A stretch of DNA of 64,000 nt from Abditibacterium sp. Its GTDB lineage: Bacteria > Armatimonadota > Abditibacteriia > Abditibacteriales > Abditibacteriaceae. Position numbers and translations under genes: made by a program. Below are positions 9,403-17,746 of this stretch, one piece after another; within the stretch, counting starts at the first letter, position 1, and each line of letters opens with the position of its first letter. The notes beneath the pieces are model-generated. The model was given only the letters and a program-made list of their open reading frames with translations. It searched no databases and was not told the origin of the DNA. The stretch spans positions 384,001-448,000 of the forward strand of contig OZ251992.1 in NCBI GenBank assembly GCA_965246885.1, read 5' to 3'.

Positions 9403-10671
9403 TTAGCTCGCAGGAGCGGGTAGCGGCACGGTCTCGGTGCGCAGGATTTTGCCGTCGCCGTAAACCGGAATCGAGTAGCTTTGCTGGGGTGTCGGCGCGG
9501 GCGCGGCGGAGGCGGAAAGGCCGGAGTCATTCGGCGTGTTGAGATTACCACCGACTTTAGCGGGCGTAACACCTCCGGCAGACGGGAAGACCAGCCCACC
9601 GTCATTCACTTCGAGCGGACGCTTGCCGCCGCGACGCAAGCGCGGCCCGCCGCTTCGCGGTGCCGCTCCAGCAAGACCGGCCAGCGACTTCATCATGTCT
9701 GCTCCCATCTTGGCCACCGGGTCGTTACTCCCTTTTTTGTGGTTTTCGGCGTAGGGCGCGATTTGCAACTTCGTCACCGATACGCTTTGCACGCCTGCCG
9801 TTCCCAAAGCCCCATCGGGGCCATCTTCGGTGGGCGCGATTTCCGTCGAACGGTTGCCGGGAAGCGCGGGGCGCACGAGGAAGTCGAGTGTCGCGTTCGA
9901 GGCCAGAGCCAGTTGCAACTGCGCGGCTTGGCGCGGCGTCACTTCCAGCGTCAGCGCCGGGTCGGGGCGCGGCGCATTGGGCGCGGGGGTGGGCGTTGCG
10001 GCGGGAGCAGCACTGGCGCCACCGTTGCCATCGCCCGCGTCAGCGCCGGTTTTGCTGCTCGCTTTCAGTGGCCCGCGCATGGCGGCAGACACGTTCGGAA
10101 AATCGTTCGCCGATACGTCCACGCCCAAGACGCGCACGTTTTGAATGAGCGTGCGCGACTCTTGGCCATCGAAGGCGGCCAGAACGTCTATCGTGTTGCC
10201 GATGCGAACGAGGTCGTGGAGCGTGGGCTTGTTCGCAATGGGCACGATCATCGCGCGCGTTCCGGGACGGAGCAGACCGGCGATGCCGGTTTCCGACACG
10301 TGGCCAACGAAGTCGTTTGCGGGGCGGATTTTGGAACCGGCGGGAATGTCCACGCGCGTAATGAAGCCCGCGCCCTGCCCTTCGATGTCGGTGATGTACT
10401 CCTTGGTGGATGGCACATCGGACGGCCCCATCGTGAGCATATCGGGCGTGACGATGGAGTTGGCCGGGATGTCCACCCGCGCCGTAGCGATGCGGCCCGT
10501 CGGCGTTTTGGCTGAGACGGTCTGCGCGTTCGGGTCAGAAATGGCGTCGTTTGTCAAAGCGACGCTTTTGGGAGCCGTGCGCAAGTGCGACAAGGAGCGG
10601 AAAGCGCCGTAGAACCCAACGGCTCCCACAATGAGGAGCAAACCCACGAGAATTTTGCGGTTAGAACGCAT
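9403..10671 (-). CDS. cpaB: Flp pilus assembly protein CpaB/RcpC
   Basis: N-terminal TM helix, SAF-like domain (ARVDIPANSIVTPDML), LRPGTRAM..., GNTIDVL, LIQNVRVLGVD, LTLEVTPRQAAQL. Confidence 0.88.
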   Translation of the reverse strand: MRSNRKILVGLLLIVGAVGFYGAFRSLSHLRTAPKSVALTNDAISDPNAQTVSAKTPTGRIATARVDIPANSIVTPDMLTMGPSDVPSTKEYITDIEGQGAGFITRVDIPAGSKIRPANDFVGHVSETGIAGLLRPGTRAMIVPIANKPTLHDLVRIGNTIDVLAAFDGQESRTLIQNVRVLGVDVSANDFPNVSAAMRGPLKASSKTGADAGDGNGGASAAPAATPTPAPNAPRPDPALTLEVTPRQAAQLQLALASNATLDFLVRPALPGNRSTEIAPTEDGPDGALGTAGVQSVSVTKLQIAPYAENHKKGSNDPVAKMGADMMKSLAGLAGAAPRSGGPRLRRGGKRPLEVNDGGLVFPSAGGVTPAKVGGNLNTPNDSGLSASAAPAPTPQQSYSIPVYGDGKILRTETVPLPAPAS

Positions 10672-10905
10672 GGCAAATAGGAAGAAGCCGCCCGTCGCGC
10701 CGCCCTTTGCGAGGGGCCAGCGAGAGGTTAAGGTCTTAACTCTCTTCGCTGAGGCAACGTTGTCGCCAAGCCCCGCCGCAAAGCGCGCGAGTTCGCGCCC
10801 CTGCGTGCCCTATTTTAACGGTTAAACCGCCTCAGCACCACTTCCGCCGCCAAAACAGCCCGCGCGCGGCGGGCTGTCAGGAGCATTTGCAGGGACAAGT
10901 GCGGC

Positions 10906-12423
10906 TTAGCCCGCTTCCAGCGCCGCTTCGCGTTCGCGCTCGGCGGTAGGCGAGGGGAGCAAACTGACGCGGGTGATGCGCACGCGCTCGACGGCTTCGA
11001 CGCGAATCTTCGCGCCATTGATTTCCACCTCGTCGCCCACTTTGGCGGGGCGCCCCAGTTCGGTCAGCACCAGCCCCGCGACGGTATCGGCCTCATCTTG
11101 GCGAAAGCCGGTCTCGAAGCGCGCGTTGATTTCTTCAATGAGCGTGCGCCCCGCCAGAAAGGTGCGTCCTTCGGCGTCCTGCCCCAACTCTTCGGGTTCC
11201 ACTTCGTCGAACTCATCCGACATTTCGCCGAACACTTGATCGAGCAGGTCGCCCAGCGTCACCAAGCCCGCCGTGCCGCCGAACTCGTCTATCACGATGG
11301 CCATCTGCTGCCGCGTCTTCTTAAACTGCACCAGCAGTTTGTCGGCAGTCGAGGTTTCCGGCAAGCGCAACGTTTCGCGCATGATGGGCATCAGCGAGAC
11401 TAACTCCTCATCCCCGCCCGCGCCCAGCTTGGCGATGAACGGCACTAAGTCCTTGAGGTGCACCACGCCAATTACATCATCGAGCGAACCCGTATACACC
11501 GGCACGCGCGAGTGCGGATGCGAATGAACCCACGCCCGTAGCGCCAAGCGCGGCAGTTGGAGCGGCAGGGCCTGCACCTCGACGCGCGGCACCATCACTT
11601 CGCGTAGCGTCAAGTCCGAAAAGCGCACCACGCGGTGCAAGATGTCGGCTTCGATGGCGTTAAGTTCGCCGCCCTCATGCGAGCGGGACACCAGCAAGTC
11701 CAACTCTTCGGGCGAGTGGACGTTGTCGTGCTCGCCCACTTCCTTCACGCCCAAAACGCGCAAAATCGCGCGCGCCACGCCCGTCAAAGCCCACACGAGC
11801 GGCGTCGTGAGTCGCACAAACAGCGACATCGGGCGCACGCACAACATGGCCACCGCTTCGCTCCTTTGCAGGGTGATGGACTTGGGCACCAGTTCGCCCA
11901 GAATGACGTGCAACGACGTCATCAGCAGATACGCCAGCACCGTCGCCACGCCCACGCGCGTCAGCAGGAGCACCGAATCGGGCATCCACCAGAACAAGCG
12001 CCACATGAGCGGCTCCAACGTGTTCTCGCCCACGCTACCCAAAATCAGCGAGGCGACCGTCACGCCGATTTGCGTCGCGGCAATGTACTTGTCCAGCCGC
12101 CGAATGGCGCGTTGCACCGCCTTGGCGCCCGCCGAGCCTTCTGCCGCGAGTTGGTCAATGCGCGTCTTGCGCACGGCCACGAGGGAAAACTCCGACGCCA
12201 CGAAGAAGCCGTTGAGAAGCACGAGCGCGAGCACAACGGCCAGTTTCCAACCGATGCCGCGCAGGTCACCTTCAGGGGCCGGAATCGAGGTCGCGGGCGC
12301 GGCGAGGGCCGCAACGGGCAAGGTGAGGACGCCCAAAAGGGCCAACAAAAGCGCGCGGCGCGGCCAAGGGGCGCGACGCGCGGAGCGACTTCGAGGAAGC
12401 GCGGGGTCTAAAGACGGTTGCAT
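10906..12423 (-). CDS. Hemolysin/CNNM-family protein (DUF21-CBS-CBS-CorC), probable Mg/Co transport
   Basis: LNGFFVASEFSLVAVRKTRI, TQIGVT, HVILGELVPKSI, VMVPR, HSRVPVY, IDEFGGTAGLVT, DTVAGLV. Confidence 0.92.
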   Translation of the reverse strand: MQPSLDPALPRSRSARRAPWPRRALLLALLGVLTLPVAALAAPATSIPAPEGDLRGIGWKLAVVLALVLLNGFFVASEFSLVAVRKTRIDQLAAEGSAGAKAVQRAIRRLDKYIAATQIGVTVASLILGSVGENTLEPLMWRLFWWMPDSVLLLTRVGVATVLAYLLMTSLHVILGELVPKSITLQRSEAVAMLCVRPMSLFVRLTTPLVWALTGVARAILRVLGVKEVGEHDNVHSPEELDLLVSRSHEGGELNAIEADILHRVVRFSDLTLREVMVPRVEVQALPLQLPRLALRAWVHSHPHSRVPVYTGSLDDVIGVVHLKDLVPFIAKLGAGGDEELVSLMPIMRETLRLPETSTADKLLVQFKKTRQQMAIVIDEFGGTAGLVTLGDLLDQVFGEMSDEFDEVEPEELGQDAEGRTFLAGRTLIEEINARFETGFRQDEADTVAGLVLTELGRPAKVGDEVEINGAKIRVEAVERVRITRVSLLPSPTAEREREAALEAG

Positions 12424-12521
12424 GTAAAAGCAGACAAGGCCATGCCGCGCGAAACGGGGCACGCCAAAGAAACGCGGCGGAGCGAGAACCGTTCCGAATT
12501 TAGCAGATACTCCACCTGTCG

Positions 12522-12623
12522 GGGGCAGCGCCCATAGGGGCAGCGCCCATAGGGGCAGCGCCCATAGGGGCAGCGCCCATAGGGGCAGCGCCCATAGGGG
12601 CAGCGCCCATAGGGGCAGCGCCC
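12522..12623. repeat. Perfect 15-bp tandem repeat (GGGGCAGCGCCCATA) x 6.8
   Basis: Six identical units plus a 12-nt partial unit, between divergent genes. Confidence 0.97.
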
Positions 12624-12723
12624 GGGAAAATTTATTGCCCGCGCGCCCGCGAAATGCCCCACAAAGGGCGCGCGGCGTGATAAAATGCCGTCAACGGTTT
12701 GCCCAAACCCGTCCCGATTCCTC

Positions 12724-13926
12724 ATGCCTCGCATAGATTCCCTGACGGCGCAAATGCGCCAACGCTCGGTCAAGCGTGTGTCGGTGCGCTCCGACGAGAA
12801 GATGCAACTCTTCGACGACCAAGGCCGCTTGCTGGGCGCCGGAGCCGCCTTGTCGGGCGAGGTCATCGCGGGCTTGCTGTCGCAAATCGCGCCTTCTTCC
12901 TTGGACGGCACGCCCATCTCGTTCCCCTATTCCGGGCGCGACGGGCAATTCGAGGTTTCCATCAAAGACGGCGGCAAAGATTTCGACCTCCACGCCCTGT
13001 CCTTCGCCCACAGTGCCCCGCTTCAAACGCACTCCCAGCCGCAAACCCAAAGCGTTACGGTCGCTGACTCAACTTTCACCGTGCCCGACGTGGCGCCCGC
13101 TTCGGCCCCCGCCACCGCTCCAGTTGCTGCGCCCGCCCTGCTCGCCGAGTGGTTTTACCTGAGCGGAGCCGAGCAAGTCGGCAACAACTCACCCGATCAA
13201 ATCCGCGCCCTCATCGCCGGAGGCCAAATCAGCCCCGACACCCAAATGTGGACGGCGGGCATGGCGGATTGGCTCCCCGCCTCACAAACCGAGTTCGCGC
13301 CCTTCCTGCCCGACCCAAGCGCCGCGTCCGCGAGCGGTCACACGTCCGGCGCCGCTTTTGAAAAGCCCCGCACCTACGGCAACGGCCCCTACAACATCTA
13401 CGGCTCCGGCGACGACGACAACACCAGTGGCACCGGCGAAGACGCCGAAGTGCCCTTGGAAGCGCGCGGCCTGTTCAACGTCGGCGCCGCGCTGTTCCCC
13501 TCGCTGTGGTGCTACTGCATGGGGCTGGAATCGTGGGGACGCGCCATCTTCTTTTTCAACATTATCTGGTGGAGAATGCCCTGGATGTTGTTCCCCTTCT
13601 TCTTGTTGCTCAAAGTCCTCGCCTGCCTTTACTTGGGCGTTTGCGGCAACCGCTTGGGATGGCAACACCGCCGCTTCACATCGGTGCAGGACTTCAAAAA
13701 GTGCCAGTTCCTGTGGGCCACCGTCTCGGCGGGCGTGACCGCTTTCCTCGCCCTTGCAATCGTGCTCATCATGATGTGGGCGCAGGGCCAAGCCAACATC
13801 TACAACGCCACCCTTCATTCCGGCTCGTCGTCAAGTAGCACGATTCCTCCCGGCAACGGCAAACCGTTTGGCAACTTGCCGGGCGCCGATCCATCCGTTC
13901 CCTCTCCCGCTCCCGGCACGCCGTAA
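12724..13926 (+). CDS. GYF_2 (DUF4339) domain membrane protein
   Basis: WFYLSGAEQVG...IRALIAGGQISPDTQMWTAGMADWLPA is a GYF_2 signature. C-terminal TM helices with FNVGAALFPSLW...GNRLGW...F..CQ..W. Confidence 0.75.
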   Translation: MPRIDSLTAQMRQRSVKRVSVRSDEKMQLFDDQGRLLGAGAALSGEVIAGLLSQIAPSSLDGTPISFPYSGRDGQFEVSIKDGGKDFDLHALSFAHSAPLQTHSQPQTQSVTVADSTFTVPDVAPASAPATAPVAAPALLAEWFYLSGAEQVGNNSPDQIRALIAGGQISPDTQMWTAGMADWLPASQTEFAPFLPDPSAASASGHTSGAAFEKPRTYGNGPYNIYGSGDDDNTSGTGEDAEVPLEARGLFNVGAALFPSLWCYCMGLESWGRAIFFFNIIWWRMPWMLFPFFLLLKVLACLYLGVCGNRLGWQHRRFTSVQDFKKCQFLWATVSAGVTAFLALAIVLIMMWAQGQANIYNATLHSGSSSSSTIPPGNGKPFGNLPGADPSVPSPAPGTP

Positions 13927-13944
13927 GCCACTCCCTTCAACGGG

Positions 13945-13977
13945 CACGCCCGCGACTTCGGGGAAGTCGCGGGCGTG
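13945..13977. terminator. GC-rich hairpin between convergent GYF gene and tRNA-Thr (probable terminator)
   Basis: CACGCCCGCGACTTC-GGG-GAAGTCGCGGGCGTG, a perfect 15-bp stem followed by TTCTT on the + strand. Confidence 0.7.
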
Positions 13978-13987
13978 TTCTTGGGTC

Positions 13988-14061
13988 AGCCGCCTGCCGG
14001 AATCGAACCGGCGACCTTCTCATTACGAGTGAGACGCTCTACCATCTGAGACTAAGGCGGC
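13988..14061 (-). tRNA. tRNA-Thr (anticodon CGT), CCA not encoded
   Basis: Reverse complement GCCGCCT TA GTCTC AGATGGTA GAGC G TCTCA CTCGTAA TGAGA AGGTC GCCGG TTCGATT CCGGC AGGCGGC T folds as a cloverleaf. Confidence 0.95.
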
Positions 14062-14239
14062 ACCTCTGATGTAGCCAAAGGCTACAGAGAATTATAAACG
14101 GCGCGCGCCCGCGCCGCAAGGCGAATCGGTGACTGAAGCGTCCCTGCCCCGGCCCACTTCGTTCCGCCCGCTCGTGACGGCAGAGGCGGAACTCCTCGCT
14201 TCGCGGACGGCGACGGCTCGTCCGCCGCCTTCCCCGGAC

Positions 14240-14362
14240 AAAAGAATTACCTCCCGGATTCTTCCGCAGACCTCTGGGAATCGCTGACAGAGGGCGGCGA
14301 AGCGGCGCCAGACGTCTGCCACCCTTTCACCGCCCTCTGTCTTGGCGCCGCCCGCCTCTGGA
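14240..14362. repeat. Degenerate 21-nt periodic intergenic tract (family member 1 of 4)
   Basis: CCTCTG/CGTCTG words at 14271, 14313, 14334 and 14355 (multiples of 21); AAAGAATTA at 14241. Confidence 0.6.
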
Positions 14363-14423
14363 ATGGCTCCGGGAGGCCGGTGGGAGCGTGACGCACGTCT
14401 ATCGCCGCTTCCCAGAGGGCGTT

Positions 14424-15437
14424 TTATTTGGCGGCGAGGCGCGCGCTGTATTGGCGGGCGTAATAATCTTTGTAATCGGCGCCGTCGCGGATGGGGCGCC
14501 ACCAATCCTCGCGGGTCTTATACCAACTCACCGTTTGTTCGAGGGCGGTTGCGAACTCGAAGCGGGGCGCGTAGCCGAGGGATTTGATTTTGTCGAAATT
14601 GAGCGCGTAGCGGCGGTCGTGACCGGCGCGGTCTTCGACGTGCTTGATGAGGGATTCGGGCTTGCCGGTCAAGCGCAGGATGTCGAAAACGACGTCCTTG
14701 TTGTAACGCTCGTTGCCGCCACCGACGTTGTAGGCTTCGCCCGGCGTGCCCGCTTCGCCCGCGATGAGGATGCCTAAAGCGTGGTCGAGGGCGTAGATCC
14801 AGTCGCGGCGCTGCAAGCCGTCGCCATAAACCGGGAGGGCGCCATCGTCTATGGCGTTGGTCGTCATTAAGGGGATGAGCTTTTCGGGGAACTGGTAGGG
14901 GCCAAAAGTGTTCGAGCCGCGCGTGGTGATGACGGGCAAGCCGTGCGAGATGAAGTAGGAGCGCGCAATCAGTTCGCCGCCCGCCTTGCTCGCGGCATAC
15001 GGCGAGCGCGGCTCCAACGGGTCAGTTTCAAGCGAGTAACCGTGTTCCACGTCGCCATACACCTCGTCCGTCGAGACTTGAATAAAGCGCGAGATGCCCG
15101 CTTTTTTAGCGGCTTCGCACAGGACGTAGACGCCGTAGACGTCGGTTTGCACGAAGGCGCCCGCGAGGTTGGGGTCGCCCATGAGGGAGCGGTCTACGTG
15201 CGATTCCGCCGCGAAGTTGAAGACCATGTCGCAGCCCTCCATCGCGTGCGCGACGATTTGGGGGTCGCAGATGTCGCCCTCGACGAACGCGGCGCCCGTG
15301 CCTTCGAGGTTCTCACGGCGTCCGGCGTAGGTCAGCTTGTCTATCACGACCACTTCCCAGTCGGGGCGCTCCGCTTCGACGAGGCGAACGAAATTGGAGC
15401 CGATAAACCCGGCGCCGCCGGTGACGAGAATCTTCAT
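14424..15437 (-). CDS. rfbB: dTDP-glucose 4,6-dehydratase
   Basis: ILVTGGAGFIGSNF, DKLTYAG, FAAESHVDRS, VSTDEVYG, SPYAASKA, PYQFPEKLIP, RAGHDRRY. Confidence 0.95.
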   Translation of the reverse strand: MKILVTGGAGFIGSNFVRLVEAERPDWEVVVIDKLTYAGRRENLEGTGAAFVEGDICDPQIVAHAMEGCDMVFNFAAESHVDRSLMGDPNLAGAFVQTDVYGVYVLCEAAKKAGISRFIQVSTDEVYGDVEHGYSLETDPLEPRSPYAASKAGGELIARSYFISHGLPVITTRGSNTFGPYQFPEKLIPLMTTNAIDDGALPVYGDGLQRRDWIYALDHALGILIAGEAGTPGEAYNVGGGNERYNKDVVFDILRLTGKPESLIKHVEDRAGHDRRYALNFDKIKSLGYAPRFEFATALEQTVSWYKTREDWWRPIRDGADYKDYYARQYSARLAAK

Positions 15438-16354
15438 ACCGCCTTAAAATCTACCCGAAACCGCGAGGTGTCGCGTCGCTGCGCGTGGTCGTGTGTGACG
15501 AACGATGCGCCCTGCCGGTCTATCTCCAAATGCCGTGAGAACACGCCCGCGTACAGTTGCGGGATGATGTCGCCCCGCCCGATGCGCCCATAGCCGCGCG
15601 AGTCGGGACAATGTATCTGCCAGACGTTGCCCCCGGCCTTGTAGGGCGGGAACAAGTGATGGTCGGGGTGCAAGTGAATGTGCCCCGACATCCAAAACGT
15701 CGGCGCCTCGCGCGCCAGCATCGCCCGAAGCAGGTCGCCCTTCGGCTCTATCGAAGCCGAGCGCGATTCTTCGTAGTACACCAAATCCAACCGCCCGCCC
15801 AACAAAACCGGCGCGTGGCAAAACACAAAAAGCGGCAAGGGCGTGTCCAGTTGCCCCCCGAACCACGCGAGTTGCGCGTCGGAGATGGTCTCTTGCTTTC
15901 GGTTGCCGATGTCGTCCAGGCTGAGAAACACAAAGCGGCCCAAGGCCGAATCGAACGCGCGCCACAACCCATCCACTCGCCAAAAGCTCTGGAACTGGTC
16001 GAGTTTGGCGCGCTGCTCGGCGTCGCCCGCTTGCTCCCAATACTCGCCGTATTCGGGCGAATCGTCGTCCACCGACTCAAAGTAGAACTCGTGATTGCCC
16101 GCGAGGGCCGTGAACGGACGCGCTACCCCCACCGCGAAGTCGCGCACCGCGTCGTACTCGCGCGGCGTTGCGTAGGCGCGCACCATGTCGCCCAGAAATA
16201 CCACATAATCCGCGCGGTCGAGATACGCGCGGTTGCCCAGAATCATCTCCGGTTGCGGCGTGCGCGGCAAGTGCAAGTCGGAAAACGGCAGTATGGTGAG
16301 GCCGTCGGCCAGTTGGGGCAAGGGCGAGGGCGGCGTTGGGACGGGACGAAGCAT
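15434..16354 (-). CDS. Calcineurin-like metallophosphoesterase
   Basis: SDLH, LGDMV, AGNHE, CHAP and SGHIH metal-binding motifs; overlaps the rfbB start by 4 nt. Confidence 0.85.
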   Translation of the reverse strand: MLRPVPTPPSPLPQLADGLTILPFSDLHLPRTPQPEMILGNRAYLDRADYVVFLGDMVRAYATPREYDAVRDFAVGVARPFTALAGNHEFYFESVDDDSPEYGEYWEQAGDAEQRAKLDQFQSFWRVDGLWRAFDSALGRFVFLSLDDIGNRKQETISDAQLAWFGGQLDTPLPLFVFCHAPVLLGGRLDLVYYEESRSASIEPKGDLLRAMLAREAPTFWMSGHIHLHPDHHLFPPYKAGGNVWQIHCPDSRGYGRIGRGDIIPQLYAGVFSRHLEIDRQGASFVTHDHAQRRDTSRFRVDFKAV

Positions 16355-16363
16355 GAGAAAGGG

Positions 16364-17128
16364 TTACGAGGTCGGAGTCTGACGCCCCGCCCGCGCTTCC
16401 TCAATGCGCCGCGCGCGGTCTACCAACTTTTCGCACGAGGGCGTCAGGTGCGTCATCAGGTTGCCGTCCACACGGCCCAGTCGGAGCATGACGCCCGTCG
16501 AGAGCATGTTCAAGACCATCTTTTGCGCCGTCCCCGCTTTCATGCGGCTCGACCCCGCGAGCGCTTCCGGGCCGACAAAAGGCGCGATAAACACGTCGCA
16601 ACGCCCCTTCATGGCCGCTTCGGGATTGACCGAAATGCCCGCGCTCCAAGCTCCGATGGCGCGGGCATGGTCGAGGGCGCCCAGCACATACGGCGTGCGC
16701 CCCGATGCCGCGAGGCCGACCAAGCAGTCCCCCGCCCCGAAGCCCGCCGCCGCTAAGTCGCGCGCGCCGTTTTCGGTGATGTCCTCGGCGCCCTCTTGCG
16801 AGCGGAACATCGCCTCGCGCCCGCCCGCAATCAGCCCTTGCACAAGGTCGGGAGGCGTGCCAAAAGTCGGCGGGCACTCGCTCGCGTCCACTACACCCAA
16901 CCGCCCCGACGTGCCCGCCCCACTATAAAACAAGCGGCCCCCTTGCGCCAAGCGCGCGGCAATGGCTTCGACCGCCAGAGCCACTTGCGGCAACACGAGG
17001 CGCACGGCGGGCGCCACCAGATGATCTTCGTCGCTGATGAGCGCGAGCGCCTCAAGCGTGGGCAAGCGCGACAGTTCGAGGGTGCGCGGGTTGACGCCTT
17101 CGCTGGGCAAGTTGGAAAGGTCGGTCAT
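16364..17128 (-). CDS. murQ: N-acetylmuramic acid 6-phosphate etherase (short C-terminus)
   Basis: GAGTSGRLGVVDASECPPTFG, EGAED, AASGRTPYV, VGPEALAGSSRMKAGTAQKMVLNMLST. Confidence 0.93.
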   Translation of the reverse strand: MTDLSNLPSEGVNPRTLELSRLPTLEALALISDEDHLVAPAVRLVLPQVALAVEAIAARLAQGGRLFYSGAGTSGRLGVVDASECPPTFGTPPDLVQGLIAGGREAMFRSQEGAEDITENGARDLAAAGFGAGDCLVGLAASGRTPYVLGALDHARAIGAWSAGISVNPEAAMKGRCDVFIAPFVGPEALAGSSRMKAGTAQKMVLNMLSTGVMLRLGRVDGNLMTHLTPSCEKLVDRARRIEEARAGRQTPTS

Positions 17129-17154
17129 GGAAGATAGTTTGCCGTCGCGCGCTT

Positions 17155-17727
17155 TCACACCGGCCAGAGCGTCTTGGCATCGGAGATGGCGCGTCGGAGT
17201 TGCACGGGGTCGGTGCCGCGCGCTCCGCGCAGGTCGGCGCCGCGCAGGTCGGTTTTGTCGAGGTTGGCGCGCCCCAAGTTGGTGCCGCGTAGCCACGCGC
17301 CGCGCAAATCGGCGCCCACGAGAAGCGCGCCGCGCAGGTCGGCGCCGTGCAAATGAGCGCTTCGCAAGCGGGCAAAAGGCCACTCGACGCCCGCCAGACG
17401 CACGCCCGATAAGTCCAAAGGCCGGTGCTCGAAGCGCAAAGGCCGCCCGCCCAAGGCCGACAGCGCGGCGCCGACATCAAGGGGCAAGCGCTCCTCGGAT
17501 AGGGGCCGCTCAAAAGTGCGGCGGCGCACAAAGGCCGATAAGACATCCTCGACCGCTTCGCCCCACTCGTCTGCTTCGTTCCACAGCGCGCGGCACAGCG
17601 CCACCCCCGCCAAGCGCGCCGCGATGCCCTCTCCTGCCAGAAGCGCCGCCGCCGTTTCAAAGCGCGCCGAGGCGTTTCGCGCTGCGCGGCGCGCGAGCAG
17701 GTGGTCGAGTTCGGGCGGCAAGAGCAT
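17155..17727 (-). CDS. Pentapeptide repeat protein
   Basis: A(D/H/W)LRG pentapeptide repeats (ARLRS AHLHG ADLRG ALLVG ADLRG AWLRG TNLGR ANLDK). Confidence 0.8.
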   Translation of the reverse strand: MLLPPELDHLLARRAARNASARFETAAALLAGEGIAARLAGVALCRALWNEADEWGEAVEDVLSAFVRRRTFERPLSEERLPLDVGAALSALGGRPLRFEHRPLDLSGVRLAGVEWPFARLRSAHLHGADLRGALLVGADLRGAWLRGTNLGRANLDKTDLRGADLRGARGTDPVQLRRAISDAKTLWPV

Positions 17728-17746
17728 GGCGGAGGGAGGCGGCCTC

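Noticed and set aside
12522..12623. Possible CRISPR array
   Set aside because: Units are 15 bp, directly adjacent, with no spacers, and there are no cas genes.
12408..12917. ORF containing GRCPY repeats
   Set aside because: It is the translation of the 15-bp VNTR, overlaps two real genes and has no other coding signal.
13988..14061. tRNA-Thr as an integration site for a genomic island or prophage
   Set aside because: No integrase, phage genes or duplicated tRNA 3' end was seen in the window.
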